A stretch of 39,522 nucleotides of DNA from the NCBI GenBank assembly GCA_964558645.1, contig CAZLEV010000024.1:1-39522 (forward strand), read 5' to 3'. Origin of the DNA: an uncultured archaeon. Its GTDB lineage: Archaea > Asgardarchaeota > Thorarchaeia > Thorarchaeales > Thorarchaeaceae. Every line of letters starts with the position of its first letter. The first letter of the stretch is position 1. Shown here in pieces: positions 1 through 9,230 of the stretch. The notes beneath the pieces were generated by a model that saw only the letters and a program-made list of their open reading frames with translations, did no database searches and was not told the origin of the DNA. The position numbers and the translations under genes are program-made.

Positions 1-108
1 GATTCACCGGTGTTCCCATAGTCCTTGGAGGCTGAGAGCCGTGTATTCAGGCCGATCTCCAGCTGGGCTTATATCAACCGGTGAGGAACACAGGTGTGTG
101 ATGATGAG

Positions 109-861
109 ATGAGAACTCTCTCAAAGAAACAGGCTGCAGTACTTGTCAGTGTTCTCGTGATAGTGGCGGGAGTGGGCGTGTACTGGGTCTACGAGTCCAC
201 TCGCACCGAGTTCCATTTCGAGGAGGCCTACCCAGCGGGTGACACGCGCAAGGTCATCCTGGTCATCGCCGAGCCCCGGGATGCCAACCTCACCATCTCC
301 TTTGAGAACGACACGTCCCTGCTCTATCGTGTTGATGCTGAGCTGTACGATGCGCAGAGCGGGTCGGTGAGGATGCAGTATGATGAGGTCAACGTGCACA
401 GCCTGCATCTGTACTGTGAGGGCCGACAGCGGCGCATCGATATCGTGCTGGGCACTGCCACCTGGTACGACGTCACCATCTGGAGGGGCGAGAACCTGAA
501 CACGACCATCCGCTTCGGAAACGGGGCCGTGCTGAATGAGACATGGTTTGATGTTGGCCAGACCGGCATCCTCAGGATTGCTGTGGACGAGCATGATGGT
601 CTGGTCACGCATGGCGGCATGCTTATCAGTGCCAGAATACCTCGGGGAAGTGATGGCCCACTCTACGTTCTACTGGACATCGACCTTCCAGAGGGCTACG
701 AGGGCAGGCTTCGCACCAACTACGCACCTATTTCCTTCATCGAGCGCGTGGGGTGGGGCTACTATGGCAAAGGGATCTATGCCACAGCCGAGACCATGAA
801 GGACCCGTGGATTGCCTTCGGGTTTACCTGTACGTCCATCGTCGCCCGTCTTATCGACTGA
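109..861 (+). CDS. Membrane-anchored beta-rich exported protein, tandem paralog 1 (unknown function)
   Basis: N-terminal basic residues plus one TM helix (LSKKQAAVLVSVLVIVAGVGVYWVY), then a beta-rich domain. Colinear with 916..1659. ATG 109 chosen by alignment with the paralog start (ORF open from GTG 94); TTATAT at ~69-74. Confidence 0.8.
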   Translation: MRTLSKKQAAVLVSVLVIVAGVGVYWVYESTRTEFHFEEAYPAGDTRKVILVIAEPRDANLTISFENDTSLLYRVDAELYDAQSGSVRMQYDEVNVHSLHLYCEGRQRRIDIVLGTATWYDVTIWRGENLNTTIRFGNGAVLNETWFDVGQTGILRIAVDEHDGLVTHGGMLISARIPRGSDGPLYVLLDIDLPEGYEGRLRTNYAPISFIERVGWGYYGKGIYATAETMKDPWIAFGFTCTSIVARLID

Positions 862-915
862 GTCTGTAGCTGCACTTTTATCTCCCGATAAACACACTTC
901 TCATGGAGTGTTCGT

Positions 916-1659
916 ATGAGGCCGTTGTCCAGGAAGCGCGGGGCGCTGACCATCAGCATGCTGGTGATAGTGGCGGGAGTGGGCGTGTACTGGGTGTACG
1001 AGTCTACCCGCACCCAGTTCCGGTTCGAGGAGTGGAACCCCGAGCCCAACCGCCGCATCCTGATGTACATCCGTGACCTGACGGATGCTAACCTCACCAT
1101 CTCCTTCGAGAATGACACATCGCTGATGTGCAGGGTGGCTGTGGATCTGTACGATGCGCAGTCAGGCTCGGTGGTCCTAGTGCGTGAGGTGGGGAATCAG
1201 GTGAATCTGGAGTCCACCGGTCGCCAGCGGCGTGTTGAGGTGGTGCTGGGCACAGCTGCGAAGTACGACCTCTACATCCAACGGGGCGATAATCTGAACA
1301 CCACGGTGCGATTCGGGAACGGGGCCGTGCTCAACAGGACTGACTTTGATGCGTACCAGACTGGCATCATCAGGATTGCTGTGGACGAGCACGACGGTCT
1401 TGCAACGTATGACAGTCTGTTTGTGTATGCCGGGCATCCCTACGGCATTGCTGGTTCTCTTCTTGTCCTCCTGGACATCGACCTGCCAAAGGGGTATGAC
1501 GGCCGGCTCCACACCAATGGTGCGCCAATCTCCTTCGTGGAGCGTGTCGGCTGGGGGTACTTGGGTCATCATGACTACGGGACTCCCGGAGACTGGAAGG
1601 AGCCCCTGGTGTCCATCAGCTGTGAATGTGACGCCATCATTGCCCGGCTCATCGACTGA
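916..1659 (+). CDS. Membrane-anchored beta-rich exported protein, tandem paralog 2
   Basis: Shares VIVAGVGVYWVYESTRT, DANLTISFENDTSL, LYDAQSGSV, NLNTTxRFGNGAVLN, LLDIDLP, PISFxERVGWGY and ARLID* with 109..861. Confidence 0.85.
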   Translation: MRPLSRKRGALTISMLVIVAGVGVYWVYESTRTQFRFEEWNPEPNRRILMYIRDLTDANLTISFENDTSLMCRVAVDLYDAQSGSVVLVREVGNQVNLESTGRQRRVEVVLGTAAKYDLYIQRGDNLNTTVRFGNGAVLNRTDFDAYQTGIIRIAVDEHDGLATYDSLFVYAGHPYGIAGSLLVLLDIDLPKGYDGRLHTNGAPISFVERVGWGYLGHHDYGTPGDWKEPLVSISCECDAIIARLID

Positions 1660-1712
1660 CCACCTACTTGAGGAGCGCACTTATAGATATCAATTTCAGG
1701 TCTTTCGAGAAT

Positions 1713-3647
1713 TCAAAACTCTAGAAATGGTTTTCCAAGTACGATTCTGTCCAAGAAGTTGTTCTTCTCTGCGTTCTTAACTAGCTCTTCGAAGCGACTC
1801 TTGAGCCTGCTCTTGTCAACATATTCAGGTTCTTTGATCCCCGTGGCTTTCAAGATCTCGACTATTACGTGATCGAAGTCGTATTCTATGAACCAGGTCT
1901 TTCTCCCCTTGTACTCACCCCTCGTGCGCTTCGCGAGACCATGCTTAATGGCTGCCTTGGTTTCTTTCAGGTAGAATGACAGCGCTTTCTCATAGAGCAA
2001 GGTTTCCCGTTTCACCAGTTCCTTCAGGAACGGTAGACCGAACGTAGTCCGCGCCACAGCCTCAATCCTCGCAATGAAGGCATTGATGATATCCTCGTAT
2101 GAAACCTTCCCCGTTTTCCCCTTTGTTTCGAAGACCTTGGCGTCGGCATCAACAGAACTGAACCTCTCCCTCTCGGCAGCTAGCACTGCCTCTCGCTGCT
2201 TCCTCGCTGCCTTCTCCTTCTTTAGGCGTTCCTCTTGTTCCGTCTTTCTCTTCCGCTCTTCTGCGAGTCTTCGACGTGCGTTCTCTTCCTCCCTTTCGTG
2301 CTCGATTCGCTGCTTCTCCATCCGCCTCAGGACCTTTTCTTGTTCCGTCTTGAGCTCGGCCATGTGCTTCTGAACGTCCCGCTCGGTTAGAGTGATATGT
2401 TTGGTGAGAAGCCATCTAACGCCAACATGATTCACCCTCGGCATCATATCTGCTGACGCGATGATGAAAGAAGCAGTTGGTTGTGCAGGAAGCTGTGTGA
2501 TAATCTCCTCGGCCCCGTTTTCCCCTGCTATCGGCTCTAGAACTCTTTCAAGCACCTTCAAGGACTGATGACTGCTGATGCGCCCACTAGCAATAAGCGA
2601 GGTCTGCTCAAATGCTTTGTAGTCAACATCTTTGGGGGACTGCGTTGCAACTAGGCATTCCACACCGTATTTTCTTGCCTGTCGAAAGAGCAGGAGAAAG
2701 GTCTCTTTGGGGCCTGGGGATTTCATGCCTGCTGGAATGAACGGTGCTGCCTCATCCTGAAAGAGAACAAGTCTGGGGTGTTCTGTGAATCCCTGTCGGA
2801 GCATCCATGAGTAGAGCTGGTTCAGGACTATTGCGATGAAGAAGTGTTTCTCCTCTTCGCTTCTCAGTGTCTTCAGGAAGAGAACGTTGATCGGTGTCTT
2901 GCCGTCGACAGGTCTGATGAGTTCATCGAAGTCGATCTGACCTTCTTCTCTGAAAAGCAGCTGGGAAGATCCCACGGTCAAACTTCTTATGGATGTTGCA
3001 AGTTTCTCGCGTTCTGATTGCTTCATGTATGGTTCAAGGTCCACTCCGACTTCGTCAAGCGGGGCTACAAGAAGATTGGCCAGCTCAGCCAGGTCCTTGA
3101 CCTTCACGTCATTTTCCCAAGTGGTTCTCAACAACTCGTAGAGAACTGCAAACGACTTGCTCTCCCATGATCTAGATAGGCCTGCCACCTTCGAGAGAAC
3201 CTTCACCAAGGTCCTGGCGGAGTTGTCCATGAGGCGGACCATATCGTCTGGGTCCGCGTTCTTGTCTGGTAGTTTTAGCGGATTGATTGAGACTGCAAGT
3301 CCCTTGCTGCTCGCAGGAGTATAGACTCTCACAATCACTTTATCGAGATACTCTTTGAGTCTGGCGGGGTCCACTCCTTTTGCTTCGAGCTCCTTTGGGT
3401 CACCGGGGATCATGAGAGATGCGATATCACCCTGTGGGTCCATTGCAATCACAGGTATGCCCTGCAGCGCAGCCTCTTCCAGAATGGCCTTACTCAAGAC
3501 TGTCTTGCCTGAACCAGTAGACCCGAAGACTCCTCCGTGTCTTCTAAGCAGATCGACACTTATTTCGAACTTCTTGTCCGTTCTTCTACCTTCTTCGTCC
3601 AGATAAAGGCCGAGCCAGAGCTTCCCTTTTGTCACTTTGAGCACCAT
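1713..3647 (-). CDS. HerA/FtsK-superfamily ATPase (DUF87/DUF853-like) with E/K/R-rich helical linker and C-terminal domain
   Basis: Walker A GSTGSGKT, MDPQGD, Walker B LVLFQDEA, RKYGVECLVATQSP (HerA-family RK.G...TQ.P motif); charged helix at ~aa 430-500. Confidence 0.85.
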   Translation of the reverse strand: MVLKVTKGKLWLGLYLDEEGRRTDKKFEISVDLLRRHGGVFGSTGSGKTVLSKAILEEAALQGIPVIAMDPQGDIASLMIPGDPKELEAKGVDPARLKEYLDKVIVRVYTPASSKGLAVSINPLKLPDKNADPDDMVRLMDNSARTLVKVLSKVAGLSRSWESKSFAVLYELLRTTWENDVKVKDLAELANLLVAPLDEVGVDLEPYMKQSEREKLATSIRSLTVGSSQLLFREEGQIDFDELIRPVDGKTPINVLFLKTLRSEEEKHFFIAIVLNQLYSWMLRQGFTEHPRLVLFQDEAAPFIPAGMKSPGPKETFLLLFRQARKYGVECLVATQSPKDVDYKAFEQTSLIASGRISSHQSLKVLERVLEPIAGENGAEEIITQLPAQPTASFIIASADMMPRVNHVGVRWLLTKHITLTERDVQKHMAELKTEQEKVLRRMEKQRIEHEREEENARRRLAEERKRKTEQEERLKKEKAARKQREAVLAAERERFSSVDADAKVFETKGKTGKVSYEDIINAFIARIEAVARTTFGLPFLKELVKRETLLYEKALSFYLKETKAAIKHGLAKRTRGEYKGRKTWFIEYDFDHVIVEILKATGIKEPEYVDKSRLKSRFEELVKNAEKNNFLDRIVLGKPFLEF

Positions 3648-3757
3648 TCAACAGGATTTGTTTGATCAGCATGCGAGAACACGATGATGAGTCATTCTCT
3701 CTCGGGAGGTTCTGACTTCAGCACTTAATTGATTTTCTCAAATGTCTTAGGTGGACG

Positions 3758-3794
3758 AAAAAAGAAGAAGCAACTCCTCCTGTGGGAGGAGCTG
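3758..3794 (-). terminator. Hairpin plus U-tract terminator of the 205-aa membrane protein gene
   Basis: Minus strand reads CAGCTCCTCC-CACA-GGAGGAGTTG then CTTCTTCTTTTTT, 30 nt after the stop at 3824. The outer G-U pair forms only on the minus strand. Confidence 0.7.
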
Positions 3795-3823
3795 ACGCCT
3801 TTATGCAACTGGATCTGAAGCAA

Positions 3824-4441
3824 TCACTCGCCGACAGGTTCGTACCTTCGTCCTAAGGCAAAGACAACAACCACTACCAACGCCACTGCAAATATGCCCA
3901 GTGTAGCCGCTGCGATCTCGTAGGAGGCGAATGCCGTCTGAATTGCATCCAGAACGAACAATATTCCAGCCATAATTCCCCCGAGTAAGAGCGCGACGAG
4001 CATGAATCTCGCTGTCATCTCCTTGACTTGCCCCACTTCGCCGCCTTCAGTGATTGTCCTCATGAAGAAGACGAAGATGAACAGGAACACGTAGGCGATG
4101 ACCATCATTGATGCCATGTCGAAGAGCTGGTTCTGGTACGATTGCCCCTCGTCCAGTATGCCAAACATCAGAACAGCTCCTATGGTCATCAAGAACACGA
4201 ACATGTTGCCTACGAGCTTATCTTCCGGGTGGACATACCCAGCAGCCTCAGTAAACGTGATGAGCACACTCATGACGACTACTACTGCCAACAGCCCCAC
4301 TGCTATGAGCCATGAGTACAGCGGAATCTGTGAGTCCGTGACACCCACGCTTTCAAGCACGTACTTGAATACAGCTGCGACGCCTAGAATTGCCAGGCCT
4401 ATGCCTGCCAGGATATTGCTAAATGTTGTGAGCCTAACCAT
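3824..4441 (-). CDS. Integral membrane protein (~6 TM), unknown function
   Basis: Six hydrophobic segments; SD-like GGGGAG and TATA-like TATATAAC (~4486-4493, minus strand) upstream. Confidence 0.8.
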   Translation of the reverse strand: MVRLTTFSNILAGIGLAILGVAAVFKYVLESVGVTDSQIPLYSWLIAVGLLAVVVVMSVLITFTEAAGYVHPEDKLVGNMFVFLMTIGAVLMFGILDEGQSYQNQLFDMASMMVIAYVFLFIFVFFMRTITEGGEVGQVKEMTARFMLVALLLGGIMAGILFVLDAIQTAFASYEIAAATLGIFAVALVVVVVFALGRRYEPVGE

Positions 4442-4649
4442 CTTTTGTCTCCCCTTATGGGTTGTCTATCAGAACACCACGCTTTGTTATATAGTCTTGC
4501 CGAATGACTGTCTGCTCATGGTTCCCTATTTCGGTACTATCAGCATATGCTCTTCTCATGAAATGCTTGAATCCATCTTCATCATCAGTCAATTGGAGCT
4601 AGAAACTTCTTCATTATCATTATAAGTGTGAGTCCTGATAAACCGAGGT

Positions 4650-5012
4650 ATGTCCAGCAGCAGACTACCACGGGATGTTGGAGCATCAGATTTTGTTTTC
4701 TTGGTCCTGTATAGACTTCGTACTCTATCGGATGAGGAGAAACGCGCGTGGTTCAAGGAGTGGGCCGTAATACGTAGCCAACTTCCATCCGGGCTAAGGA
4801 TTGTTACTGAGGGATATGGTGCTTTTGGAACACCATATACTGGGTTTACTGTATATGAAGGTCCTGTCGAGAAGTTTGATGAGCTAGTTGACATTCTTGA
4901 AGAGAGGACATCTGCGTTCATCGAGAAGAGCCTTACCATCATCGGAACCAAGGGCTACACACTTCCAACATCCAAATTCCAGTCAATTCTCGATGCACGG
5001 CCTATAGATTGA
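4650..5012 (+). CDS. Small dimeric alpha+beta barrel (chlorite dismutase/darcynin-like half domain) protein
   Basis: Colinear similarity to 35463..35762; TTATAA at ~4620 and GAGG before ATG. The fold call is inference. Confidence 0.7.
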   Translation: MSSSRLPRDVGASDFVFLVLYRLRTLSDEEKRAWFKEWAVIRSQLPSGLRIVTEGYGAFGTPYTGFTVYEGPVEKFDELVDILEERTSAFIEKSLTIIGTKGYTLPTSKFQSILDARPID

Positions 5013-5095
5013 ACAGCATTCGGATTGCCGTAGGGATTCGCTTTTTAGTGGAAACAGTTCCGTTCTGCTTAGTATTTCGGAAGGAAGTAGAGAAA

Positions 5096-6859
5096 TTGCC
5101 TCAAGAGGTCTCGAAGAAGACTGTAGTTGTCATAATCATCTCAGTCATTGCAGGGTTCGTTCTCCATAACATTGCACCTAGACCGCTTGAGCCCGGCGTT
5201 TATCAGGCTGAACTCATCATCGACTCACCTGGTCTTGAGCTCTCGGAGCCCTTCAATATATCATTCAAAGAGGCTGGAGAGAAGATTGAATCCACTTTCG
5301 TATTCAATGGATCATCAACAGATGTTGTGGTCACCCTCACAAACGAAGTGCCGTTAGCCACAAGCACTCAGATGGTGTTCGTTATCGAGGCTTCAGGGAG
5401 CAGCCTTCATGCAGAACAGATAATCGTTCAACTCTACAAGACAGGTGTCCTTAACCTGACCCTTCGACCCACTCGACAGGACGGCCAAGACTTCTATGTC
5501 GAGTATCAACCCCTCGTTAACTCTCAGAATGCTGCAGTGATCCTTGGAGTGGTAGGAATTCTCTGGTTCACTGAGGGAATCAGTCTCGTAGCAACCTCCA
5601 TTCTGATTCCTGTGTTGATAGTATTGTCAAACATCCAGAGCCCACAAGCTGCACTTGCACCATTTTTCGATCCTGCTGTTGCTCTCATTTTCGGTGGATT
5701 CCTCATCGGACGCGCACTAAGCAAGTACGACTTGGACAAGCGGCTGGCGCTGATGATTCTCTCAAGAAGCGCCGGTTCTGGTTCAAGCCTCATATTGACA
5801 GTTATGGCTGTCAGTGCTTTTCTCTCCATGTGGATATCCAACACTGCATCTGCTGCAATCATGATTCCCATTGCCCTCGCTGTCATTTCTAGGATACAGA
5901 GTGAGGAGGTTCGCAGCAAATATGGAAAGGTTCTGGTTCTTGGGGTTGCTTACGCGGCAACAGTGGGCGGAGTTGCCACTCTGGTTGGCTCACCCCCCAA
6001 CCCCTTGGCGGCTACCTATATCAAGTCGTTCTTAGGAAGAGAGATTTCTTTCATCAGCTGGATTCCGTACGGACTGCCAGTGGTACTCATCATGATTCCC
6101 ATCATCTGGCAATGGTTGATGTTTCGATTTAAGTTGCCCAAAGATATCGAAGAGATTCGAGATTTGAAGGAGGTTTCAGAGAACGAGTATCTCAAGCTTG
6201 GGTCAATGTCCACGAATCAGAAGCTGGTTGTGTTGATATTTGCCAGTGTCGTTGGGTTGTGGTTAACTGAACGAGTTCCCGATGTTGTTGCCAATCTCAT
6301 CGGGTGGAGTGGACATGGTATTTCTAGCTCAATTGTCGCCCTCTTGGGAGGTCTTGCCCTTCTTATCCTTCGATTGCTTGATGAGAAGGATGTGTCCTCA
6401 GAGATCAGCTGGTCATCATTGCTGATATTGGGCAGCGGTATCGTTCTAGGGGGTGCGATAATCGATACCGGTCTGTCAACATATATTGCTCACCAATTAG
6501 GAGGCCTTGGTACACTGCCGGGAATAGCAGTCATTGTGATCATTGGAATTGTTGCTGTTCTTGTGACAATGGTCGCATCGAATACAGGCGCTGCAGTCAT
6601 TCTGATTCCAATTGCGATTCCCTTAGCGACAGAACTCGGCATCGATCCTCTCCTCATAACGATGGTGATTGCCATTGCTGTGTCTATGGACTTCGCTCTA
6701 CCTACGGGGACTCCACCATCTACTATAGCATACAGCACCGGAAAAGTTGAGATGCGGGAGATGGTTTCGACGGGCCTAGTCGTAGATTTGATTGCTATTC
6801 TAGTCGTCACCTTACTGGTTGTCTATCTTTGGGCATTCCTGGGTCTAGTGGTGCTCTAG
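5096..6859 (+). CDS. SLC13/DASS family sodium:dicarboxylate/sulfate symporter with an extra soluble domain
   Basis: SMWISNTASA and ASNTGAA (SNT motifs), GSPPN and GTPPS hairpin motifs, many TM helices. TTG 5096 is the likely start (ORF open from 5009). Confidence 0.9.
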   Translation: MPQEVSKKTVVVIIISVIAGFVLHNIAPRPLEPGVYQAELIIDSPGLELSEPFNISFKEAGEKIESTFVFNGSSTDVVVTLTNEVPLATSTQMVFVIEASGSSLHAEQIIVQLYKTGVLNLTLRPTRQDGQDFYVEYQPLVNSQNAAVILGVVGILWFTEGISLVATSILIPVLIVLSNIQSPQAALAPFFDPAVALIFGGFLIGRALSKYDLDKRLALMILSRSAGSGSSLILTVMAVSAFLSMWISNTASAAIMIPIALAVISRIQSEEVRSKYGKVLVLGVAYAATVGGVATLVGSPPNPLAATYIKSFLGREISFISWIPYGLPVVLIMIPIIWQWLMFRFKLPKDIEEIRDLKEVSENEYLKLGSMSTNQKLVVLIFASVVGLWLTERVPDVVANLIGWSGHGISSSIVALLGGLALLILRLLDEKDVSSEISWSSLLILGSGIVLGGAIIDTGLSTYIAHQLGGLGTLPGIAVIVIIGIVAVLVTMVASNTGAAVILIPIAIPLATELGIDPLLITMVIAIAVSMDFALPTGTPPSTIAYSTGKVEMREMVSTGLVVDLIAILVVTLLVVYLWAFLGLVVL

Positions 6860-7049
6860 CCATGCTGTTACAGGCTACGGTCTGTGTGAGAGGCATTCTC
6901 TTGTTGTTAGGCTTCCAGAGTATGTTGCGATGCGGTGCCTCTAGCGTAACTCCAGTGTTCTATTGAGCCATAAACCTGACTGGTATCTAAGCTTCAATGT
7001 CTTACAACGAACGGTAACGTTCATATTGCAGAGAACCTGCGGACTTCGC

Positions 7050-7958
7050 ATGAAGGACCATAAAGAAGATACTCAAACGGACGCCGAAATCGATGAGCCG
7101 ATCACCGCTAGAGAGGCACTCTTGGTGTTTCTGAAAGGGCTGGCAATGGGTTTGGGGAACATCGTTCCAGGTGTTTCCGGTGGATCTATCGCGCTGATTA
7201 CAGGGATTTATCCGAGGCTCATTCGCAAAATCAGCAATATCCGCTTGTCGCTGAGGAGTATTGACTTTTCGTTCCTTATGCCTCTTGGTCTTGGTAATGT
7301 GGCCGCTATGTTTATGCTCGCTAATGTGATAGCCTATGTACTAGACATCATCCCGGGGCCTACCTATGCGTTCTTCTTTGGCCTGATTCTGGCATCTGCG
7401 GTCTTCATCTACCAATCAGAAGAGAGCTTCTCGATTGGTAATCTGGTGTTTGCTGCAGTTGGGTTTCTAATCGCTTTTCTCTTATCGGGCGAAACAGCCG
7501 CTGTTGTGATCCACAGTCCTCTCATGACCTTCCTCTCTGGTGCACTATCGATCATCGCGCTTATCCTTCCAGGAATTTCAGGAGCCTTCATCCTGCTGTT
7601 GCTTGGGCAATATGAGTTTATCATTACTATAATCAAGGACATAATGTTGCTCGACCTAGTAGTCTTCGGCATTGGAGGTCTCATAGGTGTCGTCAGTTTT
7701 TCACACCTGCTCAAGAAACTACTGGCAAGCTATAGAGGACAGACACTTGCGTTCTTGATTGGCCTCATGATTGGAGCCCTGCGTCTGCCCCTGATCATAA
7801 TGGTTCAGAGCGGCACCGAGCTTCTACTCCTTATCTTACCAGCCTTAGCAGGTTTCGTCATTGTTTACGCAGCAGAAAGGCAATCATCAAAGAGGAAGCG
7901 TTCCTACGAGCTGGAAAGAAGCAAGACCACATCTGAGAACAACACCAGCATTCCTTGA
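7050..7958 (+). CDS. DUF368 family polyprenyl-phosphate translocase
   Basis: KGLAMGLGNIVPGVSGGSIALITGIYPRLI and ALILPGISGAFILLLLGQY, the duplicated PGxSG motifs of DUF368. Confidence 0.9.
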   Translation: MKDHKEDTQTDAEIDEPITAREALLVFLKGLAMGLGNIVPGVSGGSIALITGIYPRLIRKISNIRLSLRSIDFSFLMPLGLGNVAAMFMLANVIAYVLDIIPGPTYAFFFGLILASAVFIYQSEESFSIGNLVFAAVGFLIAFLLSGETAAVVIHSPLMTFLSGALSIIALILPGISGAFILLLLGQYEFIITIIKDIMLLDLVVFGIGGLIGVVSFSHLLKKLLASYRGQTLAFLIGLMIGALRLPLIIMVQSGTELLLLILPALAGFVIVYAAERQSSKRKRSYELERSKTTSENNTSIP

Positions 7959-8021
7959 ATTGTAGATTCCCGAAGAGCTTAAATCCTCCGCAGAGTGCGG
8001 CACTAAAAGAGGCATGCACTC

Positions 8022-8786
8022 ATGAACTGGATTCAAAAAATCATCGAAGACAAAGCTGACGAATTCTGCCATGCGAGATTCCTGAAGTACGGAATAGGAA
8101 AACACCCCGGTCCTAGAGTCAAACTCAGGTTTACTTCAAACAGAGTATCATTCTACGCTGATCTGGGCTTCGAAGAGATATTTCTTCGAGGCTATCTTGA
8201 AGGCACACCGGAGGGCAATCACAAGGTGTCGGGAAAGGTTGTGACCTACGAAGACCGTCGGAATGAGTACGAAGAAATTCAGATGCCTCTGACTTGGAAG
8301 AAATCCGGCGGTAAACGTGCGACCACCTACAATGCTGACGTGAAGGGTAGTATCCCAGGTGAGGATCTGCGCGAGCTCATTGAGATTAGAAGTCCTACAA
8401 CATTCTTCTTGCTCAGCATGAGTCCAAAATCTGCCGGCAAACCTTGGAAGCTGACGATAAAGAAGTCCTTTCCGAAAGCACGCACTTCAGACGACGAGGA
8501 AGATGAGAAGAATCCCAGTTTTGTGAAGGGGGCAATGGATCGAAATGACCAGACCATGGAGTTTGTTGTGTCCGAGATTCTCCCTGATTTCAGAGAACTC
8601 ATCACTGAAGATGTGAAGAATGTCTATCTCCATCAAGATATCGTCATCGAAGACATAGAGATTCCAAAGGAAAAGGGCCTGTCGTTCACTGAACTGCGCA
8701 AGAGAGCAAAGAAGAAGGGTAGACTCGTTCGACGACTGGATGTTGATGGAAACGAGTACCAGAAGGAGTACTCATTCTTTGTCTGA
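8022..8786 (+). CDS. Soluble archaeal hypothetical protein
   Basis: 254-aa ORF with natural charged composition; ends KRAKKKGRLVRRLDVDG..EYSFFV. Confidence 0.75.
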   Translation: MNWIQKIIEDKADEFCHARFLKYGIGKHPGPRVKLRFTSNRVSFYADLGFEEIFLRGYLEGTPEGNHKVSGKVVTYEDRRNEYEEIQMPLTWKKSGGKRATTYNADVKGSIPGEDLRELIEIRSPTTFFLLSMSPKSAGKPWKLTIKKSFPKARTSDDEEDEKNPSFVKGAMDRNDQTMEFVVSEILPDFRELITEDVKNVYLHQDIVIEDIEIPKEKGLSFTELRKRAKKKGRLVRRLDVDGNEYQKEYSFFV

Positions 8787-8854
8787 AACATCTGTTGGAT
8801 GACCGTGACCTTTAAATTCCCTGCAAGAGCGAGTCTTTCGAAGACACCAAAGAG

Positions 8855-9067
8855 ATGAGACCGATGCTCCAGATATACTTCGAATCATTATTCCTCCCTC
8901 TTTCAGTAGTATTCATTGTGCTTGCACTTATGGCATTTGGGTGGTTGGTCGTACATGTGGAGCACAGTCGTCACTACTCCACACCGAGAATCGCTCTGTC
9001 TCTCTTTCTGGGTGCATTTCTCTTGGGTTTTGGAGTTCATTTCCTGCTACTAGCCTTCGGTATCTAA
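8855..9067 (+). CDS. Small 2-TM membrane protein
   Basis: Two hydrophobic helices around a His-rich loop (HVEHSRHY); TTTAAA promoter-like box at ~8811. Confidence 0.7.
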   Translation: MRPMLQIYFESLFLPLSVVFIVLALMAFGWLVVHVEHSRHYSTPRIALSLFLGAFLLGFGVHFLLLAFGI

Positions 9068-9230
9068 TTCTTGAACAGGTCTTTCTCTAGACAAACATAC
9101 TCAGGAAGTCTGTCCTCTGGGATAGATGGGTAGACGGGCCTATACGAATATCATTCATATCCAGAATCCCCTCTATCGGTTCGTGGACGAGGCCGCCCCA
9201 TATACTCTATAGATACGAGAGGAACTCACT

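Noticed and set aside
109-1659. Diversity-generating retroelement TR/VR pair
   Set aside because: Differences between the copies are not adenine-specific (C/G, C/T and T/C seen), both copies are full ORFs, and there is no reverse transcriptase in the window.
3684-3715. ATGATGA...CTGA box C/D-like motif
   Set aside because: Only ~32 nt with no internal C'/D' boxes, and it lies antisense to the ATPase leader; probably chance.
4098-4951. Antisense ORFs 4098..4625 and 4589..4951 (and similar shadow ORFs throughout)
   Set aside because: They overlap better-supported genes on the opposite strand and have composition typical of antisense frames.
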